Positions 12,334-25,277 of a stretch of DNA of 64,000 nt are shown piece by piece (the first letter of the stretch is position 1; the number at the start of each line of letters is the position of its first letter). The DNA is from the human T2T-CHM13v2.0 reference genome, Homo sapiens: assembly GCF_009914755.1 (NCBI RefSeq), contig NC_060927.1; one strand, written 5' to 3'. The notes beneath the pieces were generated by a model. That model had not been told where the DNA came from, did no database searches, and saw nothing but the letters and a program-made list of their open reading frames with translations. Position numbers and translations under genes: made by a program.

Positions 12334-15300
12334 TTTAATAAACTTTTTTTAATTTTTATTTTAGGTTCAGGGATACATGTGCAGGTTTGTTATATAGATA
12401 AAATGTGTGTCATGTGGGTTTGGTGTACAGATTATTTAGTAACCCAGGTAATAAGTATAGTACCCTTTACGCAGTTTTTCTCATACTCTCTCTCCAACTC
12501 TCCATCATCAAGTAAGCCCCAATGTCAGTTGTTCCCCTCTTAGTGTCCATGTGTCCTCATTGTTTAACTCCCACTTATAAGTGAGAACATGAGGTATTTG
12601 GTTTTCTGTTCCTGCATTAATTTGCTTAGAATAATGGCTTCCACCTCCATGCATGTTACTGCAAAGGGCATAATCTTGTTTTTTATTTATGGTTGCATAG
12701 TATTCCATGGTATATATGTACTAAATTTTTTAATCCAGTATATCAAAGATGATAATTTAGATTGATTCCATGTCTTTGCTATTGTGAATATTGCTGTGAT
12801 GAACATACACATGCATTGCGTGTTAATGGTAGAATAATTTCTATTTTCTTGGGTATATGCCCAATAATGGGTTTGCTGGGTCGAATGGTAATTCAGTTTT
12901 AAGCTCTGTGAGAAATAGCCACACTGTTTTCCACAATGGCTGAACTAATTTACACTCCCACCAGCAGTGCATAAGCATTCCGTTTTCTCTGCAACCTTGC
13001 CAGCATCTGTTATTGTTTGATTTTTTAATAGCCACTGTGACTGGTGTAAGATGATATCTTATGGAGATTTGGATTTGCATTTCTCTGGTGATTAGTGCTG
13101 TTCAGCATTTTTTCATATGCTTCTTAGGCACATGTGTGTCTTCTTTTGAAAGATACCTGTTGCTGTCCTTTGTCCACTTTTTAATGGGGTTGTTTTTTCT
13201 CTTTAATTTGTCTAAAATCCTTATGGATTCTGAATATTAGAGCTGTGTCAGATGCACAGTTTGCAAATATTTTCTCCCATTCTGTAGGTTGTCTGTTTAC
13301 TCTACTGATAGTTTATTTTGCCATGCAGAAGGTCTTTAGTTTAATTATGTTCCATTTGTCAATTTTTATTTTTATCGTGATTGCTTTTGGTGTCTTGGTC
13401 ATGAAATCTACCCTGTTTCCACAATGATATGTTCTAGGTTTTCTTCCATGGTTTTTATAGGTTTAGGTTTTACATTTAAGTCTTTATTCCATCTTGAGAT
13501 GATTTTTGTGTATGGTATAAAGTAGTGGCCCAGTTTCAATCTTCTGCATATGGCCGCTGGCTATCCCAGCAATGTTTATTGAATAGGGAGTCCTTTTCCC
13601 ATTGCTTGTTTTTGTCAGCTTTGTCAAAGATCAGATTTTTGTAAGTGTATAGCATTATTTCTGAGATCTCTATTCTGTTTCATTGATCTATACATCTGTT
13701 TTTGTATCTTCACCATGCTGTTTTAGTTACTATAGCCTTGTAGTATAGTTTGAAGTAAGGTAATATAATACCTCTAGCTTTGTTCTTTTTGCTTAAGATT
13801 GCCATGGCTATTCAGACTCTTTTTTGGTTTCATATTAATTTTTACTTTTTTTTTCTAGTTGTGTGAAGAATGTCATTAGGAATTTAATGCAAGTAGCATT
13901 GAATCTCTAAATTGTTTTGGGCGGTATGGTCATTTTAAAAATATCAGTTCTTCCTATCTATGAGCATGGAATATTTTTCCTTTCGTTTCTGCCATCTCTG
14001 TTTTTCTTGAGGAGTGTTTTGCAATTCTCCTTGTAGAGATCTTTTACCTCCCTGGTTAGCTGTATTCCTAGGTGTGTGTGTGGCAGTTGTGAATGGGAAT
14101 GCATGCCTGATTTGGCTCTCAGCTTGCATGTTGTTGGGTATAGAAATGTTACTAATTTTCTATATAGATTGTGTATACTGAAACTGCTGAAGTTGTTTAT
14201 CAGATCAGGGAGCTTTCAGGCTGAGATTAGGGGTTTTTCTAAATATAGAATCAAGTCATCTGCAAACAGGGATAGTTTGACTCCCTCTCTTCCTATTTGG
14301 GTGCCTTTCATTTACTTATATTGCCCGATTGCTCTGGCTAGGACTTCCAATAATATGTTAAACAGGAGTGGTGAGAGGGCGCATTCTTGTCTCGTGCCAG
14401 TTTTCGACTGGAATGCTTCCAGCTTTTGCCCTTTCAGTATAAGGGCTATGGGCTTGTCATAGATGGCTCTTATTATTTTGAAATATGTTCCTTCACTACC
14501 TAGCTTACTGAGAGCTTTTAAAATTAAGAAATGCTAAATTTTTGAAAGCCTTTTCTGCATCTATTGAGATAATCATGTGGTTTTTGTTTTTAGTTCTGTT
14601 TATGTGATGAATAAGATTTATTGGTTTGCATATATTGAACCAACGTTGCATCCCAGGGATAAAACCTACTTGATTGCAGTGGATTAGCTTTTGATGTGCT
14701 GCAGGATTTAGTTTGCTAGTATTTTGTTGAGGATTTTTGAATCTATGTTCATCAAGGACATTGGCCTGAAGTTTTCTGTTAACGTTGCTGTGCCTCTGCC
14801 AGGTTTTGGTATCAGGATGGTGCTGGCTTCACAGAATGAGTTGAAGAGCAGTTCCTTCTACTAATCTTTTTGAAATAGTTTAGTAGAAATGGCACTAGCT
14901 GTTCTTTATACATATGGTAGAATTCAGTTCTGAATCTGTCTGGTCCTGGGCTTTTATTGGTTGACAAGCTTTTTTACTAATTCAGTTTCAAAACTTGTTA
15001 ATGGCTTGTTTGGGTATTCAATGTCTTCCTGGTTCAGTATTGTGAGGTGGTATGTGTCAGGAATTTATCTATTTCTTCCAGATTTTCTAATTTGTTTGTC
15101 TAGAAGTGTTCATAGTAGCCTCTGCTGGTTATCTGTGTTTATGTGGGGTTGGTGGTAATGTCCTCTTTGTCATTTTCAATTGTCTTTGTTTGGATCTTCT
15201 CTCTTGTTTTCTTTATTAGTCTAGCTAGTGGTCTAACTAATAACTTTTTCAAAGAACCAAGTCCTAGATTCACTGATGTTTGGTTTGTTTTTTCCTGTCT

Positions 15301-18300
15301 CGATTACCTTCAGTTCAGGTCTAATTTTAGTTATTTCTTGTCTTCTGCTAGCTTTGGGGTTGATTTGCTCTTGCTTTTTTAATTTTTCCAGTTGTGACAT
15401 TAGGTGGTTAAATTGAGATCTTTTTAACTTTTTGATGTGGGCAATCAGTGCTATAAACTACCCTATTAACACTGCATAGGTGTGTCTCAGAGATTCTGTT
15501 ATGTCATATCTTGGTTCTTATTAGTTTCAAATAACTTATTGATTTCTGCCTTAATTACATTGTTTAACCTAAGAGTCATTTAGGAGTTGGTCATTCAATT
15601 TCCATGTAATTGTGTGGTTTTGAGTTAATTTCCTAATCTTGAAATCTAATTTGATTGTGCTGTGGCCTGAGAGACTATTCATTATGATTTCAGTTCTTTT
15701 GCATTTGTTGAGGAGTGTTTTACTTGTGATTATGTAATCAATTTTAGAGTCAGTGCCATGTGGCAATAAGAAGAATGTACATTTTCTTGGTTTTAGGTGG
15801 AGGGTTCTGTAGATACCTATCAGGCCCACTTGATCCAGAGCTGAGTTCAAGTCCTGAATATCTTTGTTAATTTTCTGCCTCAATGATCTGTCTAATACTG
15901 TCAGGGAGGTGTTGAAATCTCCCAGTATTATTGTGTGAGAATCTATGTCTCCTCATAGATCTCTAAGAATATGCTTTATGAATCTGTGTGCTCCTGTATT
16001 GGATGAGTATATATTTAGAATAATTAGGTTTTCTTGTTGAATTGAACCCCTTACCATTGATATAGTTTGGCTCTGTATCCCCACCCAAATCTCATGTTGA
16101 ATTATAATTCCCAATGTTGAAGGAGATACCTCTTGGAAGGTGATGGGATCATGGGGGTGGATTTTCCCCTTGCTATTCTCATGATAGTGAGTGAGTTCTC
16201 ATGAGATCTGGTGGTTTATAGTCTGTAACACTTTCTCCTTCACTCTCTATCTCTCCTATCACCATGTGAAGGTGTCCTTGCTTCCCCTTTACCTTCCACC
16301 ATGAGTAAGTATCCTAAGGCCTCTTCAGCTACACCTCCTGTACAGCCTGTGGAACTGTGAGCCAATTAAACCTCTTTTCTTCACAAATTACCGAGTCTCA
16401 GGTAGTTATTCATAGCACTGTGAGAACAGACTAATACAGAAAATTGGTACCAGAGAAGTAGGCTCTTGCTATCAAGATACCTGAAAATGTGGAAACAGCT
16501 TTGAAACTGGGTAACAGGTTGGAACAATTTGGAGGGCTCAGAAGAAGACAGGAATATGAGGGAAGGTTTGGAACTTTCTAGAGACTTGTTAAATGGTTTT
16601 GACCAAAATGCTGATAGTGATATGGACAGTAAAGTCCAGGCTGAGGTAGTCTTGAATGGATATAAAGAACTCTTTGGGAACTTGAGTAAAGGTCACTCTT
16701 GCTATGCTTTAGCAGAGAAACTGGTGGCCTTGTGACCCTGTTCTAGAGATCTGCAGAACTTTGAACTTGAGAGATGATTTAAGATACCTGGTGGAAAAGA
16801 TTTCTAAACAGCAAAGCATTCAAAAGGTGATGTAGCATTCTAATAGCATACACTCATACAAATGAACGAAGAGATTAGCTGAAACTGGAACTTATATTTA
16901 AAAGGGAAGCAGAGCATAAAAGTTTGGAAAATTTGCAGTGTGACCATGTGATAGAAAAGGAAAACTTATTTTGGGGGGAGAAATTTAAGCCAGCTGCTAA
17001 AATTTGCATAAGTAAAGAAGAATCTAATGTTAATAGCTAAGACGATTGGGAAAATGCCTCCAACTCCAAAGTATTTCACAGATCTTTGCAGTAGCCCCTC
17101 CCATCACAGGTCTGAATACCTAGGAGAGAAAAATGGTTTCCTGGGCCAGGATCAGGGCCCTGCTGCTCTGTGTAAGTTCATGACATGGTGCCCTCTGTCC
17201 CAGCCACTCCAGCTCCAGCTGTGGCTAAAAGGGGCAAAGGTACAGCTCAGGACGTTGTACCCTCAGAAGGTTTGGTGGCTTCCACTTGGTGTTGGACCTG
17301 CAGGTGCACAGAAGGCAAGAGCTGATGTTTGAGGGCCTCTGCCTAGATTTCAGAGGATATATGGAATGCCTGGATGTCCACGCAGAAGTCTGTTGCAGAA
17401 GTGGAGCCCTCATGGAGAACCTCTTCTAGGGTAGCACAGAGGGGAAATATGGGATTGGAACTCCCACACAGAGTCCCCACTGGAGCACTGCCTAGTGGAG
17501 CTGTGAGAAGAAGGCCACCATCCTCCAGACCCCAGAATGGTGGAGCCACCAACAGCTTGCACTGTGAACCTGGAAAAGTCACAGGAACTCTATGCTAGCC
17601 CATGAAAGCAGCTCCACAAGCTGTACCCTGCAAGCTGCAGGATTGGAGCTACTCAAGGCTGTGAGAGCCCATTCGTTGAATCGGCATGCCCTAGATGTGA
17701 GACATGGAGTCAAAAGGGATTATTTTGGAATTTTAGATTTAATGACTTCCTAGTTTTTAGACTGGCATGGGACCTGAAGCCCCTTTGTTTTGACCAATTT
17801 TTTAAATTTGGAATGGGAGGATTTACCCAATGCCTGTACTTCCATTGTGTGTTGGAAGTAACTAACTTGTTTTTTTATTTTACAAGCTCATAGGTGGAAG
17901 GGACTTGCCATGTCTCAGATGAGATTTGGACTTGGACTTTTGAGTTAATGCTGGAATAAGTTAAGACTTTGGGGAACTGTTGGAAAGGCATGATTGTCTT
18001 TTGAAATGTGAGAAGGACATGAGATTTGGGAGGGACCAGGAGGACAGTAATATGGTTTTTCTCTGCATCCCCACACAAATTTCATGTTGAATTGTAATTC
18101 CCAATGTCAGGAGAGGAATGTAGTGGGAGGTGATTGGAGCATGGAGGCAGATTTCTCCCTGCTATTCTCATTATAGTGAGGAGTTATTTTGACATATGAT
18201 GGTTTTAAAGTATTTGGCACTTTCTTTTTCACTGTTTTTCTCTTCTATTGCCATGTGAATATGCTCTTGCTTCCCCTTCACCTTCCATTATGATAGTAAT

Positions 18301-20970
18301 TTTCCTGAGGCCTTCTCAGCCTCCTGTGTGGGGTGTGGAACTGTGAATAAATTAAACCTCTTTTCTTTATAAATGACCCAGTCTCAGGTAGTTCTTTATA
18401 GCAACGTGAGAATAGACTAATACAAACATTATGTCATGCCTTTCTTTTTTTTTTTTTTTTTAATCTTTTTTTGTTTAAAGTCTGTTTGGTCTGAAATTAG
18501 GATTATAACCTCTGATTTTGTCTGTTTTCCATTTGTTTGATAGATTATTTCCATCAAATTATTTTCAGCCTATGCATGTTATTTCATGGGAGATGGGTCT
18601 CTGGAAGATAGCATACAATTGAGTGTTGCTTCTTTATCTAGCTTGTCACTCTGTGTCTTTTAATTGGGGAATTTATCCCATTTACATTTAAGGTTAGTAC
18701 TGATATGTGTGGATTTGATCCTTTCATTGTGTTCTTAGCTAGTTATTATACACCAACTGGTTTGTGTGGTTGCTTTACAGTATCACTGATCTGTGTACTT
18801 AAATGTGTTTTTGTAGTGGCTGATGATAATCTTTTCTTTTTGTATTTAGCAAAATACACCTCTTTTAAGGCAGATCTGGTGGCAATAAATTCCCTCAGCA
18901 TTTGCTTGTCTGAAAAGAATCTTCTTTCTCCACTTATGAAGCTCAGTTTGGCTGCAATAAAATTCTTGTTTGAAAATTTTTCTTTAAGAATGTTGAATAT
19001 AGGCACCCAATCTCTTCTGGCTTGTAGAGTTTCTGCTGAAAGCTCCGCTGTTAGGTTGATGGAGTTTCCTTAGTAGGTGGCTTGTCCCTTCTCTTTAGCT
19101 GCCTTTAACAGTTTTTTTCTTTCATTTTGACCTTGAAGAATTTGATGATTATGTGTCTTAGGAATGGTCTTCTTATATAATAGCGTGCAGGCATTCTCTG
19201 CATTTCCTGAATTTGAATGTTGGCCTCTCTAGTGAGATTGAGAAAGCTTTCATGAACAATAACCTGAAATATGTTTTCCAAGTTGCTTGCTTCCTCCCTG
19301 TCTCCTTCACATAAACCAATGAGTTGTAGATTTGTTCTCTTTGCCTAATCTCCTATCTCTTGGAGATTTTGTTCATTCTTTTTATTTTTTTTTCTTCAAT
19401 CTTGTCTGACTGGGTTATTTTAGAGAGCCAGCCTTTGAGCTTTGTGATTCTTTCCTTGGCTTGGTCGGTTCTGCTGTTAATACTCACATTATGCAATTCT
19501 TGGAGTGTGTTTTTCAGCTCTATCAGGTCAGTTTGTTCTTTTTTAAAAAATGTTTATTTTATTTAACAGCTCCTGTTTCATTTTATTATAATTCTTAGCT
19601 TCCTTGGATTGGGTTTCGACATTCTCCTGAATCTTGATGATCTTTGTCATTTTGGCCATTTCAGCCTGCTAAAGAACCCCTGGTGGGAAATTAGTGTGTT
19701 CATTTGGAGGAAAGAAGCCACGATGCCTTTTTGAGTTGTAAGAGTTCTTGTGCTTTTTCTTTCTCATCAGTGTGGGCTGGTGTTCCTTTAACTAGGGTAT
19801 AAATTGATTACAGTCAGTAGATTTCTTTTCTGTGTGTTTTCAGAGGGCCAAGGCTTTGTTCAGTCTTTATTTGCAGTGAAATTTTTGTCCTGGGTTTCAC
19901 AGGGAGGTATATTAGCAGAGTATTTTGGTGTTGATGTTTTGGGCCGTGATCCAGTAGGTGGTGCTTAAGCATAATTTCCAGTAGGTAGGCTGTTGCTCAG
20001 TCATGTGGCTCTTCACAGTTGTTTCTGTGCTCCCTCTTAGTGCTCTGAAATCTTGGGCTCCTCTCCCTCTTGATTGCTGGCTGAAAATCTTGGCTTGGCA
20101 CTCCCAAGCTGCACACCACAGCTCTGGGACAATCTCAAGCTTTATATCCCTTCCCATCTTGGAGGAATCAGAGGAAGGAAAGTTAGCAGTGGTTGTGACA
20201 GAGGGTTTTTCACTTGTCTCTTGGAGCTCCACCTCAGAAAGACGCAGAGCTGCTATCAATCAGTATGATTGGCCTAGGATGGGGCAGCTGTGCTGTGAGA
20301 CCAAGTAAGTGGGGCCCTGCCTTGCAACAAATAGCAGGGGTGGGTGGGGCTTGGGGAGACAGACTGGCTTCTTTTCTTTAGGGTTACTACAGCTTGTTGG
20401 AGGTGTGGTTAAAGCACTCAGAGTCTTTGCTCCTTCCTCGGCCTGAGGGCAGAAACGGCAGTACCACTACAGGAACAGTGGCAGAGGGGCTTTCAGTTGC
20501 CTCTTGGAGCTGCACCTCAGAGAAACACAGAGCCACTGCTACTGGGAATGTTCAGCCAGGGGATGGGGCAGCTGCTCTGCTTGCCCGAACAGCAGCCTCT
20601 GTTTGTTAGAGAGTGGGGGATCAAAGGCACACAGGGATGAGATACTGGGCTCCTCTTTCTGTGGTAACTGTGGTATGCTGGAAGCTTGGGTGAAGCCCTT
20701 GGGCTCTTTGTTTCTTTCCCAGACTGAGGACAACAGGGGCAACGGGGAAAACCATGGCTGTGGCAGTGGCAGAGGGGCTGTTGGTTGCCTCTGGGAGTCC
20801 CTCCCTAGGGAAACACAGAGTCACTACCAGTGAGTATGCTCATCACTGGTGGGGTGGCTGCTCTGTGGTCCCAAGCCAGGGACCCTGCCTGTTGGACAGT
20901 CAAGGGTGGGGAACTCACTGGAAAGAGAGATTGGATTCCTCTCTGTATGATGGCTATGATGTGCTAGAGT
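12334..20970 (-). mobile_element. Near-full-length old primate LINE-1 (L1PA14-16-like), inactive, interrupted by a MaLR provirus
   Basis: 3' end with T-tail at ~12334-12360; ORF2 remnants (HCWWECKLVQPLWK; INKDIQDLNSALDQ); ORF1 remnant (KLSFISGERRFFSDKQMLREF); GC-richer 5' UTR; candidate TSD gtggtgctttt (12323-12333) / gtgatgctttt (20971-20981). Confidence 0.93.
16058..18424 (+). mobile_element. Complete THE1D/MSTA-type ERVL-MaLR provirus (5' LTR 16058-16438, internal 16439-18047, 3' LTR 18048-18424)
   Basis: Two direct-repeat LTRs tgatatagtttgg...gactaataca; MaLR internal ORF remnant (EGSEEDRNMREGLELSRDLLNG); TSD accat/aacat. Confidence 0.93.
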
Positions 20971-21949
20971 GTGATGCTTTTGATCCTCCAGGAGACTGCT
21001 TAACTAAACATTTAATCTGGCTAAACTGGTAGTTCCAGCAGTGCATTATTTAGGTAAATGGCCAAGAGGAAAGGAGGAAGTTGGGTTTTTTTGCTAACTC
21101 CATTCTTTTTTCTCCATCTTGTGCTACTTGGTGATGAATCCTCAAGATGCTGATTTCTTATATAAGTTGTAATATTTGTCAAATGGGAAAAGCTAGAGAG
21201 TCAAGACCCTTAACTCTTTTTGAATAGGAACTTAACTTGAAATTTTTGAGCTACAAGTGATGCGTGGATGACAGTAATGTCTGGATGATGCACTCTGCTA
21301 GTTAGTGGTGACAGCACTGACATCTCTTTTCTGGGGAGGAAGAACCTCACAAGTGCTTTGATTATCTTTAATACTGGCTCAGTAGGTAGAGGAATCTCTT
21401 GCCTTTTTGCCTCTTCTGCCAATGTTAGATTACAAAAATGTAGTAGTATGTTTTGTTGGCAAAGTGAAAGCTGACTGTTTAAAGAAATGTTAATATTCAT
21501 AATTGAAAACCTAACATCATTATGAAGTCATCAGTAAATTTTATTGCAAAAGCAATGACAGTGACCAATAACTATGGTGGTTGCTTTGGTATTCTGGGAG
21601 GAGGGCAACTGGGCTGCAATTCAGAAGTTAGAGTGCACTTAAGTTAGTCATGCTTAGAGATCTTGTGATGTGGAAAGAAAGCTCTAGAGAAAAGAGTCTG
21701 TCTAGCATGATTACTACCAGGTGAAGGCAACAAGAAAGCAGCCATTCTTTCATCTCCTCCAGCTGGGAACAGACTCCGATGTGGTAGAGGCTGTTAGCTA
21801 TACCAGGAATGAAGCAGGAAAGTGAGGATGTAATTTTGGTTATTACCCCACAACAGGGATCAATAGAAGTTCAGGAATTTGCAGAGGATTACAAAAATGG
21901 GCAGAAATAGCTTATATATTTAAGACATATTAGACATTTAGGAGAAATT

Positions 21950-22255
21950 GACACCTAAAAAGGTTATTATAGTATGTTATTTAAAGTGGCAAAACTAGGC
22001 GTGGAGTATCATGGGACAATAGAGAAAAAGTTTCTTGCCTAACGTGTTAGGCAAGTGTTGGGCGATGTGTTAAAAGACAGGCTTTTTGATGAAAGTCTCA
22101 ACAAGGAGATTAATATGAGCACAAGTACAGGTGTGAAACAGTATGCTGTATGTGTGGAGAATTTGGAGGAGTTCTGGATAGCTAGGCTGTGAAGTTTAAG
22201 ACTAACAGCAGTAGACAATGATTCTGGAGAGAAAGAAAGTTGTGATCAGTAAGAT
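21950..22255 (-). mobile_element. L2 fragment (ancient)
   Basis: Purine-rich degenerate reverse L2-like sequence. Confidence 0.4.
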
Positions 22256-23999
22256 ATTCTCTATCTTGTTTGAATAAATGGTCAATTTAGTATTATTTTA
22301 TAAAACTGATTTATAATTTTTTAACACAAAACATTATTTCTTTTATATTTATTGAAGTCTTATTCCTCCAGTAGAGAAGTTTTTTTAATAGTATGATAAC
22401 TTGATCTTATGTCCTCATTTTATCATGTAATCTTCAGTATTTTCCACTATTTGTCAGAAACTAAAGGATTAAATAACTGTCAATTTCTTAAAATGAAGCT
22501 GGAAATATTTCAAAAACCCAAGTCTGCTCCCTCAACTTATTTTATATTATTAAACTAACACCATTTCTGTTAGTAGACTGCTTGCTGAAAATCATGTCAG
22601 TGATATGTTCTAAAATCTGGATGCTCGTGATAAATTGACACAATTGAGTGTCAAACATGCCAACATTTCAGTGAGCAAAATGTACTGGAATATGATATGT
22701 GTCAGTTTATTGCTTCTCTAGAAATAGATTGAAAATGAAGTGTTAGAAATAAAGAAGAAAGTGTTTATCTACACATTTGGCATGCTCAGTGTTTTTCTTT
22801 TCATCTTTTAAATTTCATAGTTTCCAAGAAGTGCAGAAATGTGAAAAGAATTATTTTTGTACAACTTGGAGTAATAAATATGCATGAGCACTTTTCCAAT
22901 TATGTGAAAATTGCTTTTTGTAATTTATTTCAGATTTTGTATTAAAGTGTTATAATTACGAGATTACACGTGAATAAACTGGCTGTACATAAATGTTTTC
23001 CCATGTCAATTGGGAAATATAAGCATGTTGAGCAGAATTTTCACAAATTATATCTAGTATAATTTATGAAAAAATGCAGCACATATATTTATAAGCATAA
23101 AATATATGTATATTTCCAAAAATAGAAAACTCACTCATTTGAGTTTTGCACAACTTAAGTCAATTTGTACTGCATTTCTCTTTTCTCAAGTGGGGCTCCT
23201 TTAACTCCAAGGAGATAATAAAGAAAGATTAAAGTCAAAAAGGTAATTCATTGGAATGATATGGATGTATCTCATGAGACCTGATGTCTTAATTGCAATG
23301 AGGCTTTTGAAAAGTCTGACTCCAGGAACTAGCAAGCCATGAGGAATCAAGGATATTGCTCTTTTTTTACTCACTCTTAATCTAGATCTTCTTCTCTCTC
23401 ACTATCTCTGCTTCTCAGTATTCCTCTTTATCTAAAGTTATAAGATTTCTTTTTCTGCCTCTTTTGTCTTATCTGTTTCCATGTTCTCAATTTCAGGCCC
23501 AGCATTTCTTCTGCAAGACTTTGTTGTTCACAGTCTTTGGGGAGTGATTAGAAACATTAGGGTCCAGTTTAAATTCCAGAAAGGAACGCTCTCTTGTTAG
23601 CATGGCTGGTGAGATATCAATCACAGTTCAGTTCCCCATGATTCTGACAGAGGGCTATGTGGATGTAGGAGAGAGGCTTCTAAAAAAAATAGCTGATTAT
23701 ACATCAGTTATACATCCTTGAGAAGGAGATGTGGGAGTGGGAAGAAAATGATCAAAGGAAAAATATTTGTCATTTCTTGAAAGTGTGATATTTCTTGGAA
23801 TTCTTCATGTAAAGAGTGAGGTTGAAGGGGATATATATTTTTAGAGGCTGAAAGTAATTTTTTTTCTAGAATTTTCAGTTTATATGTTTTACATGCCAGG
23901 GTAGGGCTCATTTGATTTCCCAACAGATCTTTCCACATAATGATATTATAGAATACTATTTTTCCTCCCCTAATGGTGAAGAAAGATAAAACCATTTGG

Positions 24000-24150
24000 A
24001 ATCTTATAGGCCTAAGTTTGAATATTGACTTTAATTTACCAGTGTTTGAATGTGAAAAATATTACATTCTCTGTGCTTATGCTTTCTAGTTTATAAAATG
24101 AGGAAAAGTAAACCTAACTCATAGGATTTGTATGTTGACTAAATAAACAC
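24000..24150 (+). mobile_element. MIR
   Basis: ctaagtttgaatattgac...ctctgtgcttatgctttctagtttataaaatgagg...cctaactcatagg core. Confidence 0.6.
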
Positions 24151-25277
24151 TCTATCTCTATTATTATAGTACTTCACGTTTAGCAAGTGAGTACTGTGCA
24201 CTCAATTTTCTTGGCATTCATGTATTTGATCTATTAAATAATACAACATAGGTACAGATCTAGCATATACTATCTACTGTATAAGCGCAAGCTATAATCA
24301 ATTCCGATTTACCTGTGGTGATTTAATCTGTTTCTAAATTAATTCTGTTTTGAAGAATAGCAAATTTTTTAGAATAAATAAAGTTAGAAAAAAATTAGTG
24401 TATACACCTATGTATAAAAATATATTCCATTGCTTGGAGATGCCATTTTGCCAAAAGCTAATATGCTTCTGTTTACCAATCTGGTATGGAACCTAGTAAC
24501 TAAAAAATAAGATGTCAAGCAAAATATAAACTGGTTAATATTAAACAAAGGCTAACATTATATTAACGAGAAAAATGCATTATAAAAATAACTTAAATTT
24601 TAATATAGAATAGAATACAATTTAATATTAAATATAGTAAGTATTTTATAGCCTTTTCTATTTTGAAAAACATAAAAACAAAAATTGAAATAATCTTCAT
24701 ACATTCAGAAGGCAATGCTAGATAAATTTATTTAAAAATGATGTATTAAACACAAAGTAACTCATGAATATGAAAACCTTTTAATGGAATTTTTTAACAG
24801 AATGGTAAATTTGGTATATATTTTGGGTGGTTTGTCAAATTCATACAATTCATAGAAGAATATGGAATTTGAGGCAATTAAGTTATGGTAGGTCTCATTT
24901 ATTACCTGCTAACAGTCATAAAACGTCATTTCTCTGACTTCCCAGGGGAGAGACATTGATGGATTCTAAGACAAATTTTCCTTTCTGAGGAAAAGAAAGG
25001 TGCAAGAACACCACCATTCCTTTCCTGTCTGGACCATTTGCATTTTATAACAAAATACAATTGTGTGAGAATATGATAATGCCAAGACCAGCAATATGAA
25101 AAAAACAAGCCCAAATACAAAATGTATTCTATTAAAATCAGCAAAGATATTAAATGCAAGTCCACACATAGTCAAGTGAATGCTTGGAAATGTTGGAACA
25201 GCTTACATCCTTAATCAGGTTGAGATGTTGAAACAACCATGAAAAGACTACTGTCTGTTTCTCATGTGAAATAACTA

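Noticed and set aside
12334-20970. Possible active LINE-1
   Set aside because: ORF1 and ORF2 are broken into short frames and interrupted by a 2.4-kb provirus
21240-21330. Possible C/D-box snoRNA (tgatg / ctga words)
   Set aside because: No canonical box C with terminal stem and appropriately placed box D
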